Shown: positions 22,665 to 35,795 of the stretch, in pieces
How the letters are laid out: each line of letters starts with the position of its first letter
Numbering within the stretch: the stretch's first letter is position 1
Assembly: GCF_004010195.1 (NCBI RefSeq)
Contig: NC_057754.1
Coordinates: 7,826,725 to 7,890,724 of the forward strand
From: Chiloscyllium plagiosum
Lineage: Eukaryota
Reading direction: 5' to 3'
DNA length: 64,000 bases
Program-made: the position numbers and the translations under genes
The notes under the pieces: model-generated
What the model was told of the DNA's origin: nothing
Seen by the model: only the letters and a program-made list of their open reading frames with translations
Database searches by the model: none

Positions 22665-22830
22665 CTTTGTTATTTAGATTGGATACTGACTTTCCTTGTT
22701 TTAGATTTGTCGCTATACTTGCTTGTTCTTGATTTACGGCCGTCCTTGCTTCTCGATTTGCTGCTGTCTTTCCTTGTTCTTGATTTGCCGCCACTTTTGC
22801 TCATTCTCGATTTGACACTGTCATTTCGTT
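22665..22830. repeat. Degenerate 27-bp minisatellite, about 6 units, in PC intron 3
   Basis: Minus-strand units start (c/t)aaatc and are spaced 27, 27, 24, 27, 27 nt. Confidence 0.8.
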
Positions 22831-22910
22831 GATTCGGTCACAGTATTGCGACTTATTGTTACGGAAAGTCAAAACAGTGCTGCTGCAGCGGCATTAGTAA
22901 TTTTTTTTTC

Positions 22911-23155
22911 AACAAAAGCAGGAGTTGCTGGAAAAGCTCAGCAGATCTGGCAGCATCTGTGAAGAGAAATCAGGGTTAACGTTTCAGGTCCGGTGACCCT
23001 TCCTCAGATCCAGGTCAGTTCAGAGAAAGGGTCACGAGAACCCGTAATGTTAACTCTGGTTTATCTTCACCGATGTTGCCAGACCTGCTGAGCTCTTCCA
23101 GCAACTTCTGTTTTTGTTTCTGATTTACAGCATCTGTAGCTCTTTCGGTTTTTAT
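22911..23155. mobile_element. Fold-back PLE insertion, family P4, with hammerhead core on - strand (22975-23007)
   Basis: Inverted arms gttgctggaaaagctcagcag..ctggcagcatc / gatgttgccagacctgctgagctcttccagcaac. The - strand reads CTGAGGA-a-GGGTC-accg-GACCT-GAAA-C-GTT-aac. Confidence 0.8.
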
Positions 23156-23304
23156 CTTTTTAAAAACTAATTAACGTGATATGGGTGTGTCGCCGAGCAC
23201 TTCCTACTTGCCCACCATCCCTACTTGCCCAGAAGGCATTTAATAGCCAATCAGGTTCTTAACCACCCTATCTGTGTGTTATGCAAACGTCGCAGACGCA
23301 ACAC

Positions 23305-25120
23305 AACGTGGGAAAGTGTGAGGTCATGCACTTCGGTCGCAAGAATAGAGGCATGGACTGTTTTCTAAATGGGGAGAAAATTCAGAAATCTGAAGAGCAA
23401 AGGGGCACTTGGAATACATTTAGAGTACATCGGGGATGGGCTTAGATTAGTTCCCAGTTGGTGCAACATGGAGGACCGAAGGGCTTGTTCTGTGCCGTAT
23501 TGTTCTACGTTTTATGGACTGTGAGCAACTTTGGGCCCCATAGCTTAAGAAGGGTGTATTGGCCTTACAGCAGCTCCAGAGGGTGTTCACAACAATGATT
23601 CCAGGAGTGAAAGGCTCAGCATATGAGGCACATTTGAGGACTCTGGGACTATACTCGATGGAGTTTAGAAGGATATGGGGGGAGTCTGATTGAAACTTTC
23701 AGAATACTCAACGGCCTGGACAGGATGGACGTTGGGAAGATGTTTTCATTAGCAGGAGAGATGAGGACGCAAGGGCCCAGCCTTCGAGCAAAGGAAAGAC
23801 CTTTTAAAATGGAGATAAGGAGAAACGTTTTGAGCCAGAGCGCGGTACATACATGGAATTCATTGCCACAGAAGGCAGTGGGGGTCAGGTCATTGAGTAT
23901 ATTTAAAACAGAAGATAGATCAATTCTTGATTGCCAAGGGGGTCAAGGGTTATGGGGAGAAAGTGGGAAAGTAGGATTGAAACACCTATCAGCCGTGATT
24001 AAATGGTGGAGCAGAGTCGATGGGCTGAATGGCCTAATGTTTGCTCCTATGTCTTATGGTGTAAGCATTGTGTTCCTCTTGATGTTGCCCTTTATTGGGA
24101 TTTGTAATCCATAGCAAATCTACTGCGGTAATTTATGTAATTAATTATAAAGCTTATGTATTTTACTTATATAGTTAAAAGTAGGACCTTGGATAGTGTT
24201 GTAGAACAGGGACACCGAGGGGTTCAGGTACGTAATAGTTCGACGTTTGCATAACACACAGATAGGGTGGTTAAGAAGGTGTTTAACACGCTCAGACCTT
24301 TGAATCTAGGAGTTGAGATGCTATATTGAGGTTATACAAGGTGTTGGTGAAGCCTCGTCTGGAGTACTGTGCCCAATTCTGGTCTCCCTGTTGCAGGAAG
24401 GATATTATTAAACTGGAGAGGGTTCAGAAGCGGTTTACCAGGATGTTTCCCAGGAATAGAGGGTTTGAGTTATAAGGAGAAGCTGGATAGACTGGGACTG
24501 TTTTCACTGACGCGTGGGAGGTTGAGGGCTGGCGTTAGAGAGGTTTATAAAATCATGAGATGTGTAGTTAAAGTGAATGGCAGGTATCTTTTCCCTATGG
24601 TGGAGGATTTCAAGATGAGAAGGCATGTTTTTAAGATGAGAGGAGAAAGGTTTAAAAAGGACACGAGGGGCAAATCCTTTCACACAGAGTGTGGAATGAA
24701 CCTCCCAGAGGAATGGTGAATGCGGGTGCAGTTATAACATTTAAAAGACATTTAGGTAAGTAAATGACTAAGAGATATTTGGAGAGCTATGGGCCAATTC
24801 ATGCAGAGGGTGGTGTGTGTATGGAATGAGCTGCCAGAGGAAGTGGTGGAGGCTGGTACAATTGCAACATTTAAAAGGCATCTGGATGGGTATGTGAATA
24901 GGGAGGGTTTGGAAGGATATGGGCCCTGTGCTGGCAGGTGGGATTAGATTGGGTTGGGATATCTGGTCGGCATGGATGAGTTGGGCCGAAGGGTCTGTTT
25001 CTGTGCTGTACATCTCTATGACTCTGATTGTAGGCAGGTGAGACAAGTTTAGTTTGGGATTATGGTTGGCATAGACTGTTTGTTTGGATCGAAGAGTCTG
25101 TTTCCTTGCTGTATGACTCT
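23305..25120 (+). mobile_element. Cluster of CR1 3' fragments (23305-24060, 24175-24770, 24800-25025)
   Basis: Repeated C-terminal ORF2 and 3' UTR motifs (KCEVMHFG, GLSYKEKLDRLGLFSL, WNSLPQKAV). Confidence 0.85.
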
Positions 25121-25877
25121 ATTTATCAATATATAAAGGAAAAAGTGCAATGTATAATTGAAAGACAGCTGCTGAAGCGGGTCCTCACTTGGCAGGAGTG
25201 TTTTCTGAAGCCTTTCATCTGTATGTTAATCAAGTCCATGTGCAGGGTATTGCATGAGTGATCACTTGGCAGATCCCTTGGAATAGCTGCAGGCCTGGCT
25301 CAATCCCAGTATAAGAAAGCTGTTAGGATACGAGACAGACAGCCAAGTTAAATCAGCCCCTCTATTCTGGTATTCACAACACAAGTAAAAAAAAAATACT
25401 CAATGACTCTCAGAATTGACCCCAACGGTTCCTAACCAGATGTTTTACATAACCGGTCCCAGATGTTGTGAATAATTGGTACTAGACACCAAGTTTATAG
25501 CACAAACAAACAAATTAAGAAATAGTTGCTTTTTCAGAGCAAAGATAAACAACAAGATAGCTTAATTAATATCTGAATTTAGACCCAGCTTACTTTGGTT
25601 CTCACCCTCCACTTTCACAAGGGCAGACAGACAAGCTCACAGTTAAGGGATAAATCAAAAGAAAAAAAATAAATGACTGGCCGGTTCATTTAAACAGATA
25701 CCATGATCATGACATTACAGTCACATGGAATTATACCTTGCTGGGTTTCTGAAGATAGGCAAAAGTGAGGACTGCAGATGCTGGAAACCAGAGAATAGAT
25801 TAGAGTGGTGCTGGAAAAGCACTGCTAAGCATGCAAATTACTTCCAGTAGACTCTGAGAAACATTCGCTTAATATTT

Positions 25878-26215
25878 GGGCGGCTCGGTGGCTCAGTGGT
25901 TAGCACTGCTGCCTCACAGCACCAGGGACCTGGGTTCGATTCCAGCCTCAGGTGATTGTCTGTGTGGAGTTTGCAAATTCCCTTGTCTGTGTGGGTTTCT
26001 TCCGGGTGCTCCGGTTTTCTCCCACAATCACAAAGGTGTGCAGGTTAGGTGAATTGGCCGTGCTAAATTGCCCGTAGTGTCCAGGGATGTGTAGGCCAGA
26101 TGCATTAGTTGGGGGTAAATGTAGGGGAATGGGGGTCTGGGTGGGTTACTCTTCGGAGGGTCAGTGTGGACTTGTTGGGCCGAAGGGCTGGTTTCCACAC
26201 TGTAGGGAATCTAAT
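25878..26215 (+). mobile_element. HE1-type V-SINE
   Basis: Full head, V-domain and tail. Confidence 0.9.
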
Positions 26216-27231
26216 TCCGATACTTAGTTCAGAGAACGGAATCTGTTATTCGAGTGAATTCATGACGGGAGGATAAGCAGGAGCAATTAAATCTCTGTCC
26301 TGCCGCTTTCGTAGGCACAATCCTCCAGATTTAAGCTTTGCTTTCGTTTTGTCGGACTGAGAGTTTTCTCTTTCTGAGAGTTCTGTCATCTGTTTGAATG
26401 TAATGCACATCCGGAACTGAAAAGTCTACGGTGTTCTTTGAACAAGCATCAACCTTCCATAAGATCCAGGCCTGGCCTCAATCAGATATCAGTTTGTTTG
26501 TTTTCCTCTTTTTTTTTTCCCAAAACAAACTGCTGCTCACAGTCCAAAGACAAATCTGCGAGGGATCTCAGAAAATAGAACAAATGAAACGGGGTTGGAA
26601 AGGCTGGTCGAGTTAAGAGTGAAGTCAATGAAAGGTGAAGGAGCTGGAGAGGGCTAGTAAACCCAAACAAAATCCAAATTCCACATAGGCTGTTGGTCAG
26701 TGAGGGGTAGCCTGCCTGTGTGAGTTTTCAATGAACTCTCATAAAAGATACCCATACTCTCAGAGATTTGCAGGAAAGCCCTTGCCAATCTCTGAAAATC
26801 TTTTCCTGCTTAATTCAGCAACAGAGACTGGTCTGTTAAGATATCACCCTCCCCCCCCGCCCCGGCAAAGTAGACTTTGGGGCTGGCCGTGGGATGTGAT
26901 GATTCAGTGGTCGAATAGTCAGCCCAAATGGGAACTAGTTAGGCAAAGCAATGTGGCCAGTGAGCGAGGGACAAGCCCACGGGACAGCAGGAAGTGGCCA
27001 GAGAGGGGAATCATTTGGAAGGTGATTTCACGAAAGGAAAGTCACAGGTGATTGTAGGATCAACAAGACTCTAATGTTACACTGCATCTGGGTAAGTCAT
27101 AGAATGCTCACACAGAAGGAGGTCATTTGGCCCGTGGTCTCTGTGTTGGAGTTTTGCAAGTTATCTCGTCAGCCTTGCCCACTTGTCTCCCAACTCAGCC
27201 TACCACCCCCATCCCTCAGCCCACTTTCATA

Positions 27232-30060
27232 GTTTCATCGTAATAAAAGCAGGAGTAGGCCATTTGGCCCATCGAACCTGCTCCGCCATTTATTCAGATC
27301 AGGACTGCTCTATCCATCCCCGACCAGGCAAAAACCCGTCCGACTGTGTCTTGAATATATTTAATGAAGCTGCCTCTACTGCTTCCTTGGGCAGAGATTT
27401 CCATAGATTCGCTACTCTCTGGGAAAAGCAGTTCCTCCTCCTCTCTGTCCTAAATCTACTCCCCCTAATCTTGAAGCCATGTCTCCTAGTCCTAGTCTCA
27501 CCCACCAGCAGAAACAACTTGCCTGCCTCTATCTTATCAATCCCTTTCATAATTTTATATGTTTCTCTAAGGTCTGCTCTCTTCCTTCTAAATTCGAGCG
27601 AGCACAGTGCCAGGCGGCTCAACGCTCCTCATAGGGTAACCCCCTCATCTCCGGAATCAACTTGGTGAACCTCCTCTACACCACTTCCAAAGCCAGTATA
27701 TCCTTCCTCAAATAAGGAGACCAGAATAGCACATAATACTCCAGGTGTGGCCTCACCAACACCTTGTACAATCGCAGCAGAACCTCCTTGCTCTTAAATT
27801 CAATCCCTCTAGCAATGAAAGCTAATATTCCGTTTGCCTTCCTGATCACCTGTTGTACCTGCAAATCAAATTTTAGTGATTCATGTACGAGCTCTCCTAA
27901 GTCCCGCTGCACAACAGCATGCTGCAGTCTTTCACCATTTAAATAATACTCTGACCGACTATTTTTACTTCCAAAGTGAATAACCTCACATTTACCAACA
28001 CTGTACTCCACCTGCCAGACCCTTGCTCGCTCACACTGCATCTAAATCTCTCTGCAGACCCTCCGCATCTCCTGCACAGTTGGTCTTTCCACTCAATTAA
28101 GTGTCATCAGCAAACTTGGATACGTTACACTCAGTCTCCTCTTCCAAATCGTTTATATATATCAGCAACAGTTGCGGGCCCAACGCCGATCCCTGTGACA
28201 CCCCGCTCACCACTTATTTCCAACCAGAGAAACACCCATTTATCCCAACTCTCTGTTTTCTATTGATTAACCAGTCCTCTATCCACGCTAGTACATTCCC
28301 CTCTATTCCATACATTCTTATCTTAGGGGTGAGTCTTTTATGTGTCACCTTATCAAGCGCCTTCTGGAATCCAAATATACTATATCCACCTGTTCCCCTC
28401 AATTAACCGCGCTTGTTACATCCTCAAAGAACTCCAGTAAGTCTGTCAAAAACGACCTTCCCTTCCTGAATCCATGCTGCGTCTGCCTGATGGAACCCTT
28501 TCCATCCAGATGCCTCACTGTTTCTTCTTTGACAATAGCCTCCAGCATTTTCCCGATGACAGATGTTAAGCTAACTGGCCTATAGTTACCTGCCTTTTGC
28601 CTACACCCTTTATTAAACAGCGGCGCGACATTTGCTGCCTTCCAGTCCACTGGGACCTGCCCGGAGTCCACCAAAATTTGGTATATTACCACCAACACAT
28701 CGACAATAACTTCCGCCATTACTTTCAGCACCCTGGGATGCATTCCATCAGGACCAGGGGACTTATCTACCCTTAGACCTTCAAATTTGCTCAGCACTAC
28801 CCCTTTAGTGATAACTATTGAATTGAGGTCCTCACCTTCCATCGTATCCTTAACATCATTCTTTGGCATGTTAGCCACTGTTAAGACGGACGCAAAATAG
28901 TTATTCCACTCCTCAGCCATTTCAGCATTACCCAATATTAATTCCCTTTTCTCATCCTGCAAGGGACTTACATCCACTTTAGCCAGCCTTTTCCATTTTA
29001 TGTATTTATAAAAACCTTTCCTACCTGTTTTTATATTCTGTGCTAGTCTGGATTCATAATCTATCTTTCCTTTCCTTTCGTTGTTGCTTGCTTCGTAGAT
29101 CTTTGTTGCTTTTTAAAGTTTTCCTAGTCCTCCTGTTTCCCACTAGTCTTGGCTACTTTGTAGGCCTGAGCTTTGAATTGGATGCCTCCCTTTGTTTCCT
29201 TGGTTATCCAAGGTTGGCTCTTCCCACCCTTGCTATCTCTGCTTTAGACTGGAATACATTTGCCTTGAGCACTGTGACAACTCTCTTTGAAAGTCCTCCA
29301 CTGTTCCTCAACGGCCCACCATATAACTTGCGTTCCCAGTCTAATTTAGCCAACTTCTTCCTCATCCCATACAGTCTCCCTTGTTTAAGCATAGCACCCC
29401 TGGTTTTAGGTGATACTATTTCACCGTCCATTTGTATTCGATCATACCGTGATCACTTTCCTTGAGGATCCTTAACTAGGACATCATTCATTTTACCTGT
29501 CTCATTACATAGGACCCAATCTAAGATTGCATGCTGTCTTGTAGGTTCACTAAAATGCTGTTCAAGAAAGTTATCATGGATGAGTTCTATGAATTCCTCT
29601 TCAAGACTGCCTCTACTGACTTGATTTGGCCAATCAGTGTGCATGTTAAAGTCCCCCATGACTACTGCCATTCTATTCTCACATGCATCAGATACTTCTT
29701 GATTGAATGCCTGTACCACTGTAGCATTATTATTGGGTGGTCTATCGACTACTCCCACCAGTGACTTCTTCCCCTTACTATTCCTGATCTCCACCCAAAT
29801 GGATTCAACATATTGCTCCTTAGATCCCATATCGTCTCTCCCTATCACCCTAATCTTATCCTTAATTAAGAGCATGACCCCACCCCCCTTACCTTCCTGC
29901 CTATCCTTCCTAATTACCTGCTGCCCTTAATTCCCAGTCATCTGCACTCTTCAACCACGTTCTGTCATGACAACGACGTCATACCCCTTTGTACTGATTT
30001 GCATAACAAGTTCATCAACTTGTTTTGAATACTACGGGCATTCAGATAAAGTGCCCTTAT
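27232..30060 (-). mobile_element. CR1/HER1 LINE ORF2, decayed
   Basis: APE (ESIWVEIRN..VVMGDFN..PTR..ILDWVL), KSPGPDGMHPRVL..NYRPVSLTS..QHGFRKGRS, RKQRVGING, KCEVIHFG..LVRPHLEY. Confidence 0.93.
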
Positions 30061-30439
30061 AATCATTGTCCCTTTAGAATCTATGCTTTAGCTCTGTAAA
30101 TTTCTTCTTTTCAAGCATTTAGCCCTTTCACTGTTTGGAAGTCTGAAATGTTGAACTTATCTCTTCTGCTCACTCCGAGTTTGCATACCTGTGGCCCATC
30201 CATCATCCTGGTAAATCCGGACCAGACAAAATACTGGGTGCTCGCTGAGTGAATACTAGTGCACGTGACTTGTGGTGAACTCGTAGTGTTGAAAAATTAG
30301 GAAGCGAGATGGTTGACAAATGTGTGGTTTAACATGTGGAAATGTTGGCAGGCTACAAATTAGATGGGCACATTTTTATTGATTCTTTCTTTTGGCACTG
30401 TTTCTTGTGTGGCTTAGCTTGCACTTGAAATCCTTTATT

Positions 30440-31035
30440 TATTCTTTCCTTGGATGTGAAAAGGCAACCGTTTATTGCCCAGTCCTTATTTTCCCCTGAG
30501 CTGGTGCTGGCTAACTGTCTACTTAAACTTCTGCAGTCCTTGTGTTGTGGCTCCACTCGCAGTACTACGAGGGTGAGAGTTCCAAGATTTTGACCCATTG
30601 ACAGTAAAGGGACCAGCAATATAGTTCCAAGTCGGGTTGGTGCGTGGCTTGGAGGGGAGCTTACAAATGACAGTGTTCCAATGCATCTGCTGCCCTTGTC
30701 CTTCTCAGTGGCACAGATCGTGGGCTTGGAAGGTGCTGTTGCAGGAGCCTTGGTGAGTTGCGGCAGTGCACACTGTTGGTGGTACACACTGCTGCGACTG
30801 AGCGTTGATGGTGCAGGGGGTTGATGTTGGAGGTGGTGGATGTAGTGCCAGTCAAGTGAGCTGTTTTATTCTGGATGATGTCGTGCTGCTTGAGTGTTGT
30901 TGGAGCTGCACCCATCCGGGCAAGTGGGGAGTGTTCGATCATATTTATGCCTCGTAGATAGTGGGTAGGTTTTTGAGGAGACTGGAGGTGACTTTGGCAC
31001 GACAGAATTGCCAGCCTCTGACCTGCTGTTGTAAA
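30440..31035 (-). mobile_element. LINE 3' end, second CR1/L2-clade family (similar piece at ~50080-50400)
   Basis: - strand EHSPLARMGAAPTTLKQHDIIQNK..PLHHQRSVAA resembles a non-LTR ORF2 C-terminus. Tail is shared with the SINE at 9945. Confidence 0.7.
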
Positions 31036-31904
31036 GAGTGATAACCCTCGGAATGTTGATAGTTATAAAGAGCTTACCGTGCCTCTGTGAAAGTGTAGGG
31101 CTGGCCCATGGTGCATCACTGATAATACACTGCTGTTACCCCCGTCCCCATCCAACAGCCGGCGTCTCCACGCAAAAGTCCTGCAGCCATGCCAGTAGAA
31201 GCGAATACTATTGGAGCTGTCTGTAAGAGACACATACTGGCGGAGTCTATGTGAAATTCTGCCTGAGTCTGACAAAGATCTGAGGACTAGTTTTTTCATT
31301 GCCGGATAAACTCTGCCTTTTCTTTACGTTACTCTATGAACACTGACTCACACACGGACAGCGCCTCTGGCGATCGGTGACTCACACTGATGATGTACTC
31401 GGCAACCACCTACATTGGTATAGCACTCCATATACACTCCCAGAGCCAGGAGGCCATGTTAACCTTTTACAAGATACTGGATGAAGTGTCATATGCGGTT
31501 CTGAGCACTGCACTTTGACACTGGAAGGAGTAAAGATGAGATTCACCAGATTAGTGCAGGGATGGGCAATTCTAGTTTGAGCATAGAGTTGAGAAGTTTG
31601 GGACCGTTCTGCTGGAAACCAGAGCACCTGGAGGAAACCCACGCAGACACTGGGAGAATGTGCAAACTCCACCCAGACTGGCGCCTGCTGGAGTCGAGCC
31701 TACGTCCCTTGCGCAGCGAGGCAGCTGTGCTGGCCACTGACCTTGTGCTGCTGTTCCATAAAGTTAGGGTCAGGATTTTGGGATCTGTTTTTCCCCATTG
31801 GTCACCTGGGTGGCAGAATGTCCAGAAAAGGTTGTCAGTGAGGAAGGACCACGTTTGTGATGTTGTGACCAGCTGGGTAATTTCACTGTCCTTTCATTCT
31901 TTAG

Positions 31905-32050
31905 GTGTGCCTGTTGTACCAGGCACTTCAAAGCCCATTACATCACTGACAGAGGCCCAAGAATTTGCGAACACCTACGGCTACCCGATCATCTTTAAAG
32001 CTGCCTATGGAGGTGGTGGCAGAGGAATGAGAGTGGTCCGCAGCTATGAG
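31905..32050 (+). CDS. PC: Pyruvate carboxylase, coding exon 4 (ATP-grasp GGGGRGMR loop)
   Basis: ttctttag| acceptor. Encodes (G)[48 protein letters not shown]. Donor GAG|gtaagc; 146 nt. Confidence 0.97.
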
Positions 32051-32504
32051 GTAAGCAGACATGAGGCTGCAAGAAAGGCTTTTGTAGGTTCAGCATCTTC
32101 TCCGTGCCTTGAGAATTAATTTGATTTAAGATGAGCACTGTCGGACTCTGGATTCTGTGTTGCACTGTTGTACTTTGTGACCCTCGATCCAGACCTGTGG
32201 ATTAATGAATCCAGGCATCTAGCAGACACCGGTTTCTTGTCACCCACAATCGCAGCAAAGTTGCAGTGCTGAAGGAGGGAGGCTCTTCAGCCCGTCGTGA
32301 CTGCACTGACTCTGTGAAGGAGCAGTTCACCTAAATGCCACTCCCTCGCCTTCTCTTCATAACCTTTGAGCATCCTACCTTTTCGGGTAATGGTCTTATT
32401 CCTTTCTGAATACTTCCCTTGAAACTGCCTCTGCCACCCTCTCAGGCGCCTAATCAGGCAAAGAAGCGGCTTCTCGTATCACTTTTGCTTTTTGTATAAA
32501 CCTA

Positions 32505-34240
32505 AGGACAGCAGTAGGCCATTCGGCCCCTTGAACCTGCTCTGCATTCAGTATGATGGTGGCTGATCTGTGGCCTAACTCCATATGTCTGTCTTGGGCC
32601 TATATACCTTGATGCCCTTTGCTTAATAAAAATTTGTCTATCTCAGAAATTAAATTTAACAATTGAATTCGCATTGACTGCCCATTTGAGGAAGAGAGCT
32701 CCAAACACCCACTACTGTTCTGTGTGGAGATGTGCTTTGTAACATCCCTCCTGAATGGCCTGGCCTCATTCGTAGACTGTGCCCCTGGTTTGAGAATGAG
32801 CGGAAATAGTTTATCTTTATCGACCTTGTCTTTCCCTGTTAATATCTTGAATGATTCGAGGCGATGGGCCAAGTGTTGGAAAGTGGAATTTGTGTAGACA
32901 GGTCAGCACAGATTTGTATTCATAACCTGTTAACAAGCTGAAGACCTTGATTAAGTTTCCCCTTAACCTTCTAAATTCTAGAGACTAAAGCTTAATTTTT
33001 CTATGCTGTCCTTATAATTTAACCAGTGAAGTCTAGGCACCATGCTTGTAAACTGACGTTCAGCTCCCTCCCGGGCCAAAACATCCCTCCTAAGGTGTGC
33101 TGCCCAGATCTGCTCCTGGTACTGTAGGTGGGATCTGACTGGAGTTGCTTTAAATCAGCTTCCTCTACTTCTTGACTGGAACTGTTTGTCCCGATTCACT
33201 TTGTCCACACTCCTCATGATTTTGAACACCTGTATCATATCACCTCTCAGCCTCCTCTCTTCCAAGGAAAATCGACCGATCGTCTTCAGTCTGACTTCAT
33301 AACTGAAGTCACTCATCTCTGGACCCATTCTCGTGAGTCTTTTCCACACCCTGTCCAATGCCTTCAGCTCCATTCCTAAAGTGTGGAGCCCAGAGCTGGC
33401 TGCAATGCTCCACTGGAAGTCAAACTAATATCTTACTCAAGATCAAATGCAAGCTCCTTGTTCTTGTGCTGTACGCCGCTATTGATAAAGCTTAAGATGC
33501 TGTTTGCTATGTCAACTACTCTGAACTTGTCCTGCCTTTTTGCATGGCTTATGCAAATCTACATGCAGATCTCTATGCTCCTGCACTCCCTTTAGAGTTG
33601 TACCCTTTATTCAATGTTATTTCTCTATGTCCTTCCTACCAAGGTTAATCAGCATATTTCTCTGCCACTTGCCCCATTGTTCCCGTCTGCCATCTTGTTT
33701 TTATCCTGTCAAAGTTTTACACTGTCGCCATGGCTGTTCACAATGCTTTCGAGTTTTGTGTTATCTCCAGACTTTGAAATTGTGCCATGTACGCCAGGTC
33801 TAATTTGTTAATTATATCTTGAAGAGGAAAGATCCCAGTGCTGGCCTCTTAGCAACTTCACAACGAACCTTCCTTTGGCCTGAAAAAGCGTCATGAGTTA
33901 TTACTTTGTGTTTCCTATTAGTCATGGAATCATACAGCATGGAAATTGACCCTTTGGTCCAACCAGTTCATGCTGAACATAATCCCAAACTAAACTAGTC
34001 CCACCTTTCTGCTCCTGGCCTATAACCCTCCAAACTTTTCCTATTTATGGTCTTATCCAATTGACTTTTATACGTTGTAATGGTTCCCACATTCACCACT
34101 TCCTCAGGAAGTTCATTGCACACATGAGCCACCCTCCATATAAAAATATTGCCCCTCTTGTCCTTTTTAAAACTCTCTCCTCTCACCTTAAAAATGTGCA
34201 CCCGAGTCTTGAAATCCCTCACCCAAAGAAAAAGACACCT
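32505..34240 (-). mobile_element. Cluster of CR1 3' fragments
   Basis: FSLEERRLRGDMIQVFKIM, FKILTGKDKVD and ELPEEVV motifs. Confidence 0.82.
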
Positions 34241-34255
34241 GCCACTAATCCAGTA

Positions 34256-34427
34256 TGATTTGGAGATGCCGGTGCTGGACTGGGGTGTACAAAGTTAAAA
34301 ATCACATAACACCAGGTTATAGTCCAACAGGTTGTGGACTCCACAACCAGCTGATGGATTGACGCTTCGAAAGCTATTGCTTCCAGTTAAACCTGTTGGA
34401 CTATAACCTGGTGCTGTGTGATTTTTA
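34256..34427. mobile_element. Fold-back PLE insertion, family P2 (hammerhead decayed)
   Basis: TSD actaatcc(a/g)gta at 34244-34255 and 34428-34439. Inverted arms accaggttatagtccaacaggtt / aacctgttggactataacctggt. Confidence 0.85.
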
Positions 34428-34934
34428 ACTAATCCGGTAGGCAGTCAGTTTCGTATCTGAGTTGCTCCTGTCTGTTTTACCCTGTGAGAATGACAAGGGC
34501 TTAAGATAGCAGACACTTCTTAGACTCCACTCGTGTTTGCTGTTTCCTGAGAGACGTAGTGAGTGAGTTACCCTGCCTCAATCCTACATGCACCCCGCCT
34601 GCTCCTCACTGCCACTGAGTTCCTGTGTCTCATGGAAGCTTGCAATAGGTCATTCTGCCCTTTGACTGGTGCTGGTTCTCAGAAGGAACACATGCTTTAG
34701 TTCTGACCACCTCCATCCCAGCCCCCTTCCACTTATACTACCCTACTTTTTATCTGTAACTATGTCCATACGTCCTTTATCATTCATCATCCAGCACCAT
34801 TTGAACTTAATCCTAAAAAATCTTACAGAATCATTTTCCACAGGCACTCCTGATCCCGGGCAACTCTCGGGAAAGCCTTTCTGCCGTCCTCATTTGCCCT
34901 CTCGACTTTTCACCAATGATTTTTAGATCCCTCA

Positions 34935-35795
34935 CCTAGTGGACAGTGAGGAAGGTTTTTAGAAATGGCAGCAGGACCCTGAACAGCTTGGGAAGTGGGC
35001 CGAGAAATGGCAGTTGGAGTTTAATATAGGAAAGTGTGAGGTCTAGCATTTTGGAAAGTCAAATCAAGGTCGAAGTTTCATGGTGAATGATAGGCCCTTA
35101 AGGAGTGTAGTGGGACAGAGGGACCTTGGAGTTCAGGTGCACGGTTCTCTGAAAGGGGAGTGAAGAAGGCTTTTGGCCTCCATCAGTCAGGGTATTGAGG
35201 ACAGAAGTTGGGACGTTATGATGCAGTTGTACAGGAGGTTGGTGAGGCCGCACTTGGAGTATTGTGTTCGGTTTTGGTCACTGTGCGATAGGAAGGATGT
35301 TATTAAACCGGAAAGAGTGCGGAAGGAATTTACAAGGATGTTGGCAGGACTCAAGGGTCTGAATTATAGGGAGAGGTTGGACAAGCGAGGACTGTTTCCT
35401 TTAGAGCGTAGGAGACTGAGGGGGGACCTTTGTAGAGGTGGAGAAGATCATGAGAGGCATGGACAGGTTGAATGCACTCAGTCTTTTCCCCAGGGTTGGG
35501 GAATCGAGGACTAGAGGGCATCAATTTAAGGTGAGAGGGGAAAGAATAAAAGGGTACCCGAGGGATAACTTTTTTACACAGAGGGTGGTACGCAGATGGA
35601 ATGAGCTGCCAACGGAAATGGTTGAGGCGGGTACACCAACAACATTTAAAAGGCATCAGGACAAATACATGGATAGGAAAGGTTTTGAAGGACATGGCCA
35701 AATGCAGGGAAATGGGGTTAGCGTGGATGGTCATTTTGGTCAGCATGGACCAGTTTGGGCGAAGGGCCTGTCTCCGAGCTGTAGGACTCTATCAC
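34935..35795 (+). mobile_element. CR1/HER1 3' fragment
   Basis: LYRRLVRPHLEYCVRFWS..LERRRLRGDL..FFTQRVVRRWNELP. Confidence 0.9.

Noticed and set aside
25320..27100. Possible LTR-element sequence interrupted by a PLE end and a SINE
   Set aside because: Could not define termini, a TSD or coding motifs.
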